The position numbers were made by a program, and so were the translations under genes. A stretch of DNA of 20,000 nucleotides from Candidatus Thorarchaeota archaeon. GTDB lineage: Archaea > Asgardarchaeota > Thorarchaeia > Thorarchaeales > Thorarchaeaceae. Where the stretch lies: positions 25,075-45,074 of the forward strand of contig JAEOUG010000027.1 of the NCBI GenBank assembly GCA_016839445.1. The letters are read 5' to 3'. The notes under the pieces are model-generated. The model was not told the origin of the DNA, made no database searches, and saw nothing but the letters and a program-made list of their open reading frames with translations. This document shows positions 1-7,841 of the stretch, in pieces. Position 1 is the first letter of the stretch. Every line of letters starts with the position of its first letter.

Positions 1-75
1 CCTCGAGGAAGAGCGTTACCTCTGTTGCTCTTAGGAGTCTGTTAACCTACGTATTTACTACTATTCTCCGATATG

Positions 76-83
76 TTTAATAT
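76..83 (+). promoter_or_regulatory. TATA-box-like element (TTTAATAT) upstream of the ArsR-fusion gene
   Basis: This AT-rich octamer resembles the archaeal TTTAWATA consensus. It ends 37 nt before ATG 120, which would give a short leader. Sequence pattern only. Confidence 0.2.
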
Positions 84-119
84 CAGCGGCTCTGATAGGA
101 ATGGTGTGGGTAGGCACCT

Positions 120-1562
120 ATGGAGAAAAGCAGCAAAGGTCCCGAGGTCGCAAGTACCGTCTATCTGTACTCCGCCGATATGGCAGACGTTATTTCATCA
201 TTGGCCAGTGCAACGCGCCTCGAAATACTAGCCAAGCTCCTCACCGGACGAGCCGAGTTCCAAGCTCTTGTGGAGACCTCAGGTCTCAGCAAGGCCGCCC
301 TGGCAAAGCACTTGAGAATCCTTCAGAAGGCGGGGCTGGTCAGGAAAGTGGAGCGAGGTCTCTACGAGATTACAGAAGACGGCGAGCAGCTACTACACGG
401 CATCTCATCCATTTACAGGGACTCAGTGAAGAGACAGCAACAGGATCTGGCAAAGAGAGCGAGGCTCTACTCACGAACAGACATCAGGGAGAGTGAAGCA
501 ATGAGCAAGTTTGTACTAGATAACCAGGCTCTGTATCAACCAGCTTGGATTTCGTATCTCTCAATGGCGACGGGAATCCTGAAGTCATTGGGTCTTGAAG
601 TTGACACTGTGGATGTTGGCGGATACACAGGCTACGCATTCCATCTCAATACTGCGCGCAGCTCGACCTGCCCATCAGCCCCGACCGTAGCAGACTTCCC
701 TAGGTTCGCCGAGGGGCTGGAGTCCTTTGGTTGGAGAGTCGAACAAGAATGGGACGGCTTCGACTATGGATTCCCGATGAATGAGAGAGGAAAAGCGCGC
801 GCCAGAGCCCACTTGGGTCTGCTGAAACACACCCTGATTGAGAGCAATAGACCCATTGGAATCTGGGGTCCACACATTCCCGAGTTCGCCATCATGAATG
901 GCTACGATGGTGATAGCTACCTTATTAGCTCCTTCAGGAGGCTAGAGCAGCTCGATGACGTGCCCGTGAAGTACTCCGACTTCATGGCGCCTGGTGGGCT
1001 GTTCAAGCTCGTCTTCAAAGAGAAGACGAAGGCCCGAAGCAAGAGAGAGATAGACAGGAGTGCGCTTGAGAGAGGGCTCAGAATAGCCAGAGGGTTTGGA
1101 GAGTCAGAGGCTGAGACACACAAAGGCTACGCGTCGGGTTTGGAGATGTTCGACGTCCTAGCAGATATTCTAGAGAAGGGAATTGTCCCGGAATCCGAGA
1201 GCAGCATATCATCGGGAGCTGCTGTTGAAGGGCCATTGCTCATCTACCACGGCAACTCATACACTGCAGCATGCAACCAGGAAACACTAGCACTAGCAGG
1301 GGAGTTTCTCGAGAGACTGGCCAAGGCGTACAAGAAGGAGCCCTTCTACAAGGAACTACACAAGGCTGGAGAGGAGTACGAGAAGGCCGCCGCAATCATG
1401 CAGGATTTCACGAAGCTCTTCCCCTTCAGCACCCAGAAGGACTACGACCCCTCCGAGTTCCCTGAGGACAAGAAGGTGAAGGGAGCGGAACTCCTGCGAT
1501 CTGCAAAGCCTCATGTCCTCGCGGCCTTGGAGGGCATCGAGCAGGCTCTGAGGAAGTGGTAG
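120..1562 (+). CDS. ArsR/SmtB-type winged-HTH regulator fused to a ~370-aa uncharacterised C-terminal domain
   Basis: 480-aa ORF. The N-terminal ~95 aa carry an ArsR-like wHTH (ATRLEILAKLL...FQALVETSGLSKAALAKHLRILQKAGLVRKVERGLYEITEDG). I cannot assign the rest securely. The pattern WISYLSMATGILKSLG ... PIGIWGPHIPEFAIMNGYDGD faintly recalls papain-fold BtrH_N/DUF4872-type domains. There is an alternative in-frame ATG at 180. Confidence 0.75.
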   Translation: MEKSSKGPEVASTVYLYSADMADVISSLASATRLEILAKLLTGRAEFQALVETSGLSKAALAKHLRILQKAGLVRKVERGLYEITEDGEQLLHGISSIYRDSVKRQQQDLAKRARLYSRTDIRESEAMSKFVLDNQALYQPAWISYLSMATGILKSLGLEVDTVDVGGYTGYAFHLNTARSSTCPSAPTVADFPRFAEGLESFGWRVEQEWDGFDYGFPMNERGKARARAHLGLLKHTLIESNRPIGIWGPHIPEFAIMNGYDGDSYLISSFRRLEQLDDVPVKYSDFMAPGGLFKLVFKEKTKARSKREIDRSALERGLRIARGFGESEAETHKGYASGLEMFDVLADILEKGIVPESESSISSGAAVEGPLLIYHGNSYTAACNQETLALAGEFLERLAKAYKKEPFYKELHKAGEEYEKAAAIMQDFTKLFPFSTQKDYDPSEFPEDKKVKGAELLRSAKPHVLAALEGIEQALRKW

Positions 1563-1625
1563 CGCCACATCAGATTTCCAAAGGGTAAAATACCGCCCGT
1601 GTAGGGGTAACGCTCGAGGCGTCCA

Positions 1626-2195
1626 TTGGTGAAACTTGAGACTGAGCGGCTCATTATCCGAAGATTCGAAAGCGGGGATTGGGTGCGACTTCGTGAGATT
1701 GCTTTGGCCTACGAATCGAGCGGACTGGCCATCTATGACCATGGACCGTGGCCTGTAGTCCCGGCAGAATACGAGAAAATAGTGAAGCACTGGTCCGAGG
1801 GGGACAATTGCGTAGCAGTCCAGCTTAAAGACCAACCAGGATTGATAGGCTTCATATCCAGAGGAAAAGAGAGTGAGAAGGAGTATGAACTAGGATACAA
1901 CTTCCACCCAGATTCGAGAGGTCGAGGATATGCATTCGAGGCATGTCAGGCAGTGCTCTGCCACCTCTTCAACGATCTAGGTGCAGAGAGAGTCAAGGCG
2001 GGAACCGCTGAGGCAAACACACGGTCGAGAAACCTGCTGGAGAAGCTTGGCTTTAGATTTCTGAAGGAGAGCACGGTCTCGTTCAGAAAGGATCTGGAAG
2101 GGAATCCAATCGAATTCACGGGACTTGACTTCGAGTTGACACGCGATGAATGGAGAGGTCTCCAAGGGAGTCAATCGGGTTCGACCGGAGAGTGA
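1626..2195 (+). CDS. GNAT family N-acetyltransferase (RimJ/RimL-like)
   Basis: 189-aa ORF with a non-ATG start (TTG 1626 or GTG 1629). The N-terminus (KLETERLIIRRFESGDW) is typical of RimJ/RimL-like GNATs. The acetyl-CoA motif region reads RGRGYAFEACQAVLCHLFNDLGAERVKAGTAEANTRSRNLLEKLGFRF. Confidence 0.8.
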   Translation: MVKLETERLIIRRFESGDWVRLREIALAYESSGLAIYDHGPWPVVPAEYEKIVKHWSEGDNCVAVQLKDQPGLIGFISRGKESEKEYELGYNFHPDSRGRGYAFEACQAVLCHLFNDLGAERVKAGTAEANTRSRNLLEKLGFRFLKESTVSFRKDLEGNPIEFTGLDFELTRDEWRGLQGSQSGSTGE

Positions 2196-2205
2196 GGAAC
2201 CAGGG

Positions 2206-2892
2206 ATGAGTGAGACTGCGATAGTAGAGTCTATACACAGGAACCTGAAATCATCAAGCAACCCAGTCCGTAAAGAGAAGATTGGTGAGTATCTGAAGAC
2301 ATCCCGGCTCTCCTTCATCGGTGTTGAGTTGCCGGAGATTCATAGGATCGTGAAGGAGCATATCAAGTCACTCAGAATCGAAGAGCTCCCCCCGTTGATG
2401 CGTAGGCTATGGTCCATAGAGGCCTTCGAGACCCGGCTGTGCGCCATAGACATGATGAAGGTGTTCGCTAGGAAGGCTCCTGTGAAAGAGGCTCTGAGTC
2501 TCGTTGACGCTTGGATTGACGACCTCGACACATGGGGCCTCAGCGATCCTCTCTGCCAGCCATGCATCGGGATTCTCCTAGAGAGGGAACCCACCACAGA
2601 GAGCACTCTGAGGAGATGGCGAGACTCAGACAACTTCTGGAGAAGACGCTGCTCGGTCCTACCATACCTTTACCTCTGCCTTAAGGCGAACTACAAGACT
2701 GAATACGATGCGAAGATACTCGAAGCTGTAGAGTATCATATCGGTGACGAGGAGTTCTTTGTTGGAAAGGCAGCGGGGTGGGTGCTCAGAGAACTAAGCA
2801 AGAGGAATGCGAGTCTAGTGAGAACGTTCATCGAGAAGAAGAAGACTCGAATGACCAAGCTCGTGTTGCGAGAGAGCTCGAAGAAGATATAG
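2206..2892 (+). CDS. alkD: DNA alkylation repair glycosylase, AlkD family (HEAT-like repeats)
   Basis: The product aligns along its whole length with my recollection of Bacillus cereus AlkD: NPVRKEKIGEYLKTSRLSFIGVELPE, LWSIEAFETRLCAIDMM, DTWGLSD (Trp/Asp of the catalytic WxxxD), WRDSDNFWRRRCSVL, and EEFFVGKAAGWVLRELSKRN. The track ORF starts at 2146 and overlaps the GNAT gene. ATG 2206, preceded by GTGAGGAA, is the more likely start. Confidence 0.88.
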   Translation: MSETAIVESIHRNLKSSSNPVRKEKIGEYLKTSRLSFIGVELPEIHRIVKEHIKSLRIEELPPLMRRLWSIEAFETRLCAIDMMKVFARKAPVKEALSLVDAWIDDLDTWGLSDPLCQPCIGILLEREPTTESTLRRWRDSDNFWRRRCSVLPYLYLCLKANYKTEYDAKILEAVEYHIGDEEFFVGKAAGWVLRELSKRNASLVRTFIEKKKTRMTKLVLRESSKKI

Positions 2893-2910
2893 CTCATGGG
2901 ACTGCAATAT

Positions 2911-2931
2911 AGTGTGCATAATCACACTTTG
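2911..2931 (+). terminator. Small hairpin (AGTGTG-cataat-CACACT) followed by TTT, after the alkD stop
   Basis: Perfect 6-bp inverted repeat at 2911-2916 and 2923-2928, followed by TTT, 19 nt after the stop at 2892. The stem is weak and the T-run short. It could equally be an operator for the downstream gene. Confidence 0.25.
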
Positions 2932-3057
2932 AATAGTCTGAAATACTAGGGGATACTGAAATATGATTCAATTGAAGCGTGGCACGGGAGAGTTTCAAAA
3001 CCTAGCCTGAGACCTCGCCACTCTGCTCTCGCGTGGTTGCGGAGAGGAGATTGCATT

Positions 3058-6000
3058 ATGTTACTTCTGGGGAAGAACCAGGGCAGAGTTCTAGCCCTTC
3101 TTCTTGGGTGCCTGATGATGTTGGCGCCGGTTGCTGGACTGATTGGTTTGAGCTTCTCGCCGGAATCTGAAGGTATTACGAACGCAATTCCAGAGAGGGA
3201 GATGCCAACCCTAGCTCTGGATGACCCGCCATTGCGGATGACAGCATCCTTGGCTTATGATTCGGAATCAGACAGAATCATATTTTTCGGAGGGACAGTG
3301 CAGAATCTCGATGTCGGTCTCACTGACACCTGGAGCTACGATTATGGCACGAATACCTGGACAAACATGTCCCCCGCAAGCAACCCGCCAGCATGTGAGT
3401 TTTACTCCATTGCGTATCACTCTGGTGAAGACAAAGTGGTCCTCTTCGGAGGCCATGTCAGTGGCACCTCCGGGAATTGGCTGAACCACAACGAAACATG
3501 GGTTTACGACTATAACACAAACACGTGGACCGATATGGACCCGGTCTTGGCTCCCCCGGCTATGTCAGGCGGAGCAATGGACTATGACAGCGAGTCAGAT
3601 CTCATTGTACTGCATGGAGGCTGGCCAGATGGAGGCGTTACGGAAGTCCTGTCCGAGACTTGGACGTATGACCTGACAACTAACACCTGGACGAATGTTA
3701 CGACCTCCAACGAACCGTCGCCGCGTACGTGGGGTGCGATGGCTTACGACAGCGGCTCAGATCTCATGGTGTTCTTTGGGGGATTCCAGTATCAGCCAGA
3801 GTGGCTCACTCTGGACGACACCTGGACCTTCGACACCGACACAAACACATGGACTGAGATTGACACAGTAGGTCCTGAGATTGTAGGAGAACTAGTGTAT
3901 CACACCGCATCTGACAAGATCATCTTCTACGGTGGCGCTGCCGATGTAAGTGAACTCATCGAAGACCTTCGTTCTGAAACCTGGGTCTACGACACAGACA
4001 CTGAAGCCTGGGAGAAGATGACTCTCGATGTAGCGCCACCCGTTAGGGCTCGAGGTGAGTTGGCATATGACATCGAATCCAACAGAGTGATTCTCTTTTC
4101 GGGGGTGTGGGACGGAGGATGGGAAACAGAAGTTGTCCTCGGTGACTGCTGGTCCTACGACCTGGGAAACAACCTTTGGAACAATGTGGACTGGGACTGG
4201 CAAGAGGTAACGCCTGCCGAGTCTCCGGGATTGAGGTGTGGTTCACCGCTTGTATATGACATCGAATCAGACCGAATGGTGATCTTCAGCGGATGGCCGA
4301 ATCTTCACGCAGACGGAGCCAGATACAACGACACATGGACCTACGATGTCAACACCAACACTTGGACCAACATGTCACCTGAAGTTTTGCCAACTGGACG
4401 TGGAGGCCACGCCATGGCCTATCATGAAGCTGAGGATGTCATGGTTATGTTCGGCGGATCCATCGGTTACCAGGTAGACGATGAGAAGTACGTAGCCGAC
4501 ACGTGGACCTATGATTTGAACTCGAACACCTGGACGAACATGTCGCCTGCAAGTAGTCCAACTCGGCGCACCTTCACTACTATGGCCTACGACAATGATT
4601 CGGAAATCATCGTCCTGTTTGGAGGGTTCATGACAGACCATGGAGCGAGTCATGAAACGTGGGAGTACAACCTCACGGCGAATATTTGGACCAACACCAC
4701 TACATCTACGCACCCCGATAAGAGATTCTTCGGAAGCCTCTTCTATGATTACACAGACAATCGAATGCTTCTTGCTGGCGGTGTGAGCTGGGAGGGAATG
4801 CTGTACGACATATGGGAGTACGACGTAACGACTCACACTTGGTCGGAGATTGTCCCTGCGAATGACCCTCCAACCTTTGCCTTTGTGGCGACATACGACC
4901 TAGAATCAGAACTGGTCATTGCCTATGGTGGTCCAACGAACATGGAAGAAGACATCTTCGTTGAGGAAACATGGAGTTTCAACTTCACGTCGAACACATG
5001 GAACAACACATTCTCACCAAACAGCCCGAGTGGGCGCAGTAGACACTTCCTCGCGTATGACATTGAGTCTGATCTGACCGTGCTCTACGGCGGAGCACTT
5101 CCTGATGGGAGTGAGGGAGAAGCACTCGGAGACACCCGGATATACGACTACAGGGTCAATGAAGTAGTCCTGAAACCTCCGCCCCCGGAGGGGCTCGCAG
5201 TGACACAGGGCACGAATAGCCTCGCGCTGTCGTGGACCCCGCCGTCCGGCGCGGAGGGCTTTGAGATCACTGGGTACAGAATCTACAGAGGTGACGAGGT
5301 CGGTGAGTATGAAGTCATTGCCGAAGTCGGATCCGTCACAACATACACAGACTTGACGACAGGGTTCGATATCACGTACTACTACGTTGTCACAACACTG
5401 GCTTCGACAGGAGAATCTGAGTTCTCCGACCCTGACGAGGGTTCGCTCTCCTTTTCGCTATATGATGATGGCATCTACACGTTCATCGCATATGGAGACA
5501 CGAGAGCCAGTGACGAGACCGCCGTGGCCGCTATCCATGATGACTTGGTCAGCAGATACATTCAGCTCTCTGACCCAGAAATGGTGATACACAGTGGCGA
5601 CATGGTCCTTGCGGGCGGAGAGGAGTATCAGTGGACGCTCTTCGATGCCTCGATTCAGGCGTTGTGGGATTGGGATCCCGACCTCGAGTTCTTTGGTGCT
5701 GCGGGGAACCACGAGTTGTATACAGACGTCTATGGAGTGAATGACGAGGACCTCAGCACCTATCAGAACTTCTTTGATTTCTCATCTGTCGTCGATGAAC
5801 CTGGCGAAACTGAGCTATACTACTCCTTTGACCGACATGGAGTCCACTTCATCATATTGAACACAGTCATGGACTGGGACGATGACGCATACACCTGTCC
5901 CACAGCACAGATGGAGTGGCTCGAGGCAGACCTAGCCAAAGGCAGTGAGGTGATTGTGGTCGTCACTCACTACCCACCGTTCTCTGTCCTCGAGAACAGG

Positions 6001-6420
6001 CCGGACAGGCTTGATCAGGCAGAGAGCATAAGGGACACCTTCCATGACCTCTTCGTAGAGCATGGAGTGGACCTTGTCTTCACCGGACACAACCACTACT
6101 ACTATCACACATCCTTGGACGGAATCCAATACGTCACCTCAGCAGGGGGAGGCGCACCTCTCTACAGCATCCAGAAGTCAGGCACAGACTGGAAAGCCGG
6201 CGACGTTGGTTTCAGCGAGTACCACTACTGTGAATGTAAAATCAACCCTGCAATAGGCAGGCTGACTATCAATGTGGTTCTCATGAACGGGTCTATCGCC
6301 GAGTCGTTCTATCTGACCATTCCATCAGCCGGTTTCCCAATCGGTCTCACCCTCGTAGTTGTCGGAGGTGCTGTAGCTGCTGTCCTCGTTGTGATGGTAG
6401 TCTACAAACGGAGGAGATAG
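3058..6420 (+). CDS. Membrane-anchored surface protein: signal/TM, 12 Kelch-type blades, FN3 domain, purple-acid-phosphatase-like metallophosphoesterase, C-terminal TM anchor
   Basis: The track ORF starts at TTG 3037. ATG 3058 is preceded by GGAGAGGAG and gives MLLLGKNQGRVLALLLGCLMMLAPVAGLIG, a signal or TM segment. There are twelve repeats of (D/E)TW.YD...N.W(T/N). An FN3-like segment follows (LAVTQGTNSLALSWTPP...GYRIYRG...YYYVVT). The metallophosphoesterase motifs appear in order: YGDTR, HSGDMV, GNHE, VVTHYPP, GHNHYYYH. The C-terminus is GFPIGLTLVVVGGAVAAVLVVMVVYKRRR. Confidence 0.9.
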   Translation: MLLLGKNQGRVLALLLGCLMMLAPVAGLIGLSFSPESEGITNAIPEREMPTLALDDPPLRMTASLAYDSESDRIIFFGGTVQNLDVGLTDTWSYDYGTNTWTNMSPASNPPACEFYSIAYHSGEDKVVLFGGHVSGTSGNWLNHNETWVYDYNTNTWTDMDPVLAPPAMSGGAMDYDSESDLIVLHGGWPDGGVTEVLSETWTYDLTTNTWTNVTTSNEPSPRTWGAMAYDSGSDLMVFFGGFQYQPEWLTLDDTWTFDTDTNTWTEIDTVGPEIVGELVYHTASDKIIFYGGAADVSELIEDLRSETWVYDTDTEAWEKMTLDVAPPVRARGELAYDIESNRVILFSGVWDGGWETEVVLGDCWSYDLGNNLWNNVDWDWQEVTPAESPGLRCGSPLVYDIESDRMVIFSGWPNLHADGARYNDTWTYDVNTNTWTNMSPEVLPTGRGGHAMAYHEAEDVMVMFGGSIGYQVDDEKYVADTWTYDLNSNTWTNMSPASSPTRRTFTTMAYDNDSEIIVLFGGFMTDHGASHETWEYNLTANIWTNTTTSTHPDKRFFGSLFYDYTDNRMLLAGGVSWEGMLYDIWEYDVTTHTWSEIVPANDPPTFAFVATYDLESELVIAYGGPTNMEEDIFVEETWSFNFTSNTWNNTFSPNSPSGRSRHFLAYDIESDLTVLYGGALPDGSEGEALGDTRIYDYRVNEVVLKPPPPEGLAVTQGTNSLALSWTPPSGAEGFEITGYRIYRGDEVGEYEVIAEVGSVTTYTDLTTGFDITYYYVVTTLASTGESEFSDPDEGSLSFSLYDDGIYTFIAYGDTRASDETAVAAIHDDLVSRYIQLSDPEMVIHSGDMVLAGGEEYQWTLFDASIQALWDWDPDLEFFGAAGNHELYTDVYGVNDEDLSTYQNFFDFSSVVDEPGETELYYSFDRHGVHFIILNTVMDWDDDAYTCPTAQMEWLEADLAKGSEVIVVVTHYPPFSVLENRPDRLDQAESIRDTFHDLFVEHGVDLVFTGHNHYYYHTSLDGIQYVTSAGGGAPLYSIQKSGTDWKAGDVGFSEYHYCECKINPAIGRLTINVVLMNGSIAESFYLTIPSAGFPIGLTLVVVGGAVAAVLVVMVVYKRRR
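3232..5165 (+). repeat. Array of 12 Kelch-type beta-propeller blades (protein-level repeat, probably two 6-bladed propellers)
   Basis: The blade cores are DTWSYDYGTNTWTNMSP, ETWVYDYNTNTWTDMDP, ETWTYDLTTNTWTNVTT, DTWTFDTDTNTWTEIDT, ETWVYDTDTEAWEKMTL, DCWSYDLGNNLWNNVDW, DTWTYDVNTNTWTNMSP, DTWTYDLNSNTWTNMSP, ETWEYNLTANIWTNTTT, DIWEYDVTTHTWSEIVP, ETWSFNFTSNTWNNTFS and DTRIYDYRVNEV. The period is about 50-55 aa. Similarity at the DNA level is only partial. Confidence 0.85.
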
Positions 6421-6438
6421 TGCAGAACGCAGCGCGAA

Positions 6439-6780
6439 TCACTTCGGAGGTAAGTGCGAGGCATAGGTGACGGACAACGACAAGAGCCGACGCCGAACGT
6501 CTGCCTGAGAAAAGACTGAGTCAGGGACAGTGATGTACTCCCTCATCGCTCGTCCCTCCTTCGGTTCGAACTGGGAGACCTCGTCAAACTCAGTGAAGAC
6601 TCCCTCCTGATCCTCTGCAGGCAACCTCAGGAAGACTGTGTCCTCGAAGACACCAGCAAACATTTGGCCGTTAATGAAAAGCGCGTACTGTCCGAACATC
6701 TTCCGGCGCTCGAACTTGACACCCTTGAGCGACTCCTCAAGGAGATCCAGTAGATCCTGCGAGGGTTTGCTCCACTTCAT
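6439..6780 (-). CDS. TfoX N-terminal domain family protein
   Basis: 113-aa ORF. The core RKMFGQYALFINGQMFAGVFEDTVFLRL matches the TfoX_N pattern (MFGG.gly.nG.mFa...dd.LylK). It converges on the Kelch gene with an 18-nt gap. Confidence 0.65.
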   Translation of the reverse strand: MKWSKPSQDLLDLLEESLKGVKFERRKMFGQYALFINGQMFAGVFEDTVFLRLPAEDQEGVFTEFDEVSQFEPKEGRAMREYITVPDSVFSQADVRRRLLSLSVTYASHLPPK

Positions 6781-6849
6781 GAATTAGAAGGGGCCCGTGA
6801 TTCTGATAAGAGTTGCACTCGGGCAAACACACACTATAGGGGAGCCGAA

Positions 6850-7833
6850 TCACCGAAGCAAGTCCCCGTCGAACCCCTCCTCAACTGTGATGCCTTCGTC
6901 GTTGAGAAAATCCATAAGACGGTCGTAAGCAGGGGTCTGGACTTCTGACTCGACCAGCAGCTCCTGGAATTCGGTCGCCAGATGTTGCATTTCAGCCCTA
7001 GCAACTCCTGCGTGGCCACCAAGACTGATCTCACTCTCGCGAGTGCACATCATCTTTTCGAACATTCTCTTCAAGTACCAACTGGGCATCCTCGCAAGGA
7101 GACCGAATTTCCTCGGCTCAATGCGTATTCTCAGATTCCTCATGGCCTGGATTGTTTCCTTGAGGGCACGTATCGTAAGCTTGAGCAGGGCCGGTGTCCT
7201 CGCTAGTCTACAGGTGTCCGTGTTTGCTCCATATACCCCTCCAGCAAGTGGCAAGATGAGCGCAAGGTGGCATTTCAGCCAGCCATCGATGCTATTGGGG
7301 TGTATCACTTGGAATTCAGAGTGCTCAAGGAAAGCGGTCACCTCCTCCAAACGTGGACGGGCCCCATCAGTCAGTGCTCCAATCCATACCGGTGGTACTG
7401 CAGCCTTGCCGATTCGGATGTGATCTTTCTCACGGTATCCAGAAACACCAAAGAAACCGAGAAGCATCTGATCAGCGTTGATGTGCATCTCGTAGTCGCG
7501 GATACCCGTCCCGTTGTTCCCAAGAAAGACGACTGTCGCGTCACCGATTGATTTTCCGAGTATCTCAGAGAATGCCTTCGCCTGCTGCTTCTGCATGATT
7601 ACGATATAGAGATCGTAGCCCTCAATTGACGATGAGTCAGCAACCATCTGTACATGATGGATCCGTATCTCGTCAGACGGATGAACAGCGATGCGTGCGC
7701 CGTTTCGTATGTAGTCTTCTAGCCTTGCCCCACGAGCTAGGAGCGATACTTCTACTCCCCTCTCGTGAAGGTGACTCGCACAGTAGCTGCCTTGGATACC
7801 TGCGCCACAAACCAACACTCTCATTTGTATCAC
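6850..7833 (-). CDS. Ketopantoate reductase (ApbA/PanE) family NAD(P)-dependent oxidoreductase
   Basis: N-terminal Rossmann motif MRVLVCGAGIQGSYCASHLHERGVEVSLLARG. An FLGNNGTG segment sits where the family's LQNG motif normally lies. A C-terminal helical domain carries DGWLKCHLALILPLAGG. The start is either GTG 7833 or ATG 7824. The substrate cannot be inferred. Confidence 0.55.
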   Translation of the reverse strand: MIQMRVLVCGAGIQGSYCASHLHERGVEVSLLARGARLEDYIRNGARIAVHPSDEIRIHHVQMVADSSSIEGYDLYIVIMQKQQAKAFSEILGKSIGDATVVFLGNNGTGIRDYEMHINADQMLLGFFGVSGYREKDHIRIGKAAVPPVWIGALTDGARPRLEEVTAFLEHSEFQVIHPNSIDGWLKCHLALILPLAGGVYGANTDTCRLARTPALLKLTIRALKETIQAMRNLRIRIEPRKFGLLARMPSWYLKRMFEKMMCTRESEISLGGHAGVARAEMQHLATEFQELLVESEVQTPAYDRLMDFLNDEGITVEEGFDGDLLR

Positions 7834-7841
7834 CCACGGAA

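Noticed and set aside
9-32. Inverted repeat AAGAGC-12 nt-GCTCTT at the window start.
   Set aside because: The stem is only 6 bp with a 12-nt loop, and the upstream context is cut off by the window edge. The evidence is insufficient for a terminator or operator call.
101-496. 131-aa plus-strand ORF overlapping the ArsR-fusion gene in another frame.
   Set aside because: Its composition is extremely Arg/Gly/Ser-rich, while the overlapping frame encodes a clear wHTH. Shadow ORF.
2146-2205. Upstream extension of the alkD ORF that overlaps the GNAT gene by 50 nt.
   Set aside because: The extension (MNGEVSKGVNRVRPESEEPG) does not align with the AlkD family. ATG 2206, with an upstream GAGG, gives a family-typical N-terminus.
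3232-5165. Recurrent DNA strings such as aacacctggacgaacatgtc, which might indicate a tandem DNA repeat or a CRISPR-like array.
   Set aside because: The periodicity is ~150-165 nt and only partially conserved at the DNA level. It reflects the Kelch blade protein repeat. There is no repeat-spacer structure.
3257-6256. Multiple 60-150-aa ORFs on both strands inside the Kelch-phosphatase gene (for example 3268..3489 -, 3892..4203 -, 4375..4836 -, 5458..5712 -, 6062..6256 +).
   Set aside because: All are embedded in a 1120-aa CDS with consistent domain structure, and their composition is low-complexity or biased.
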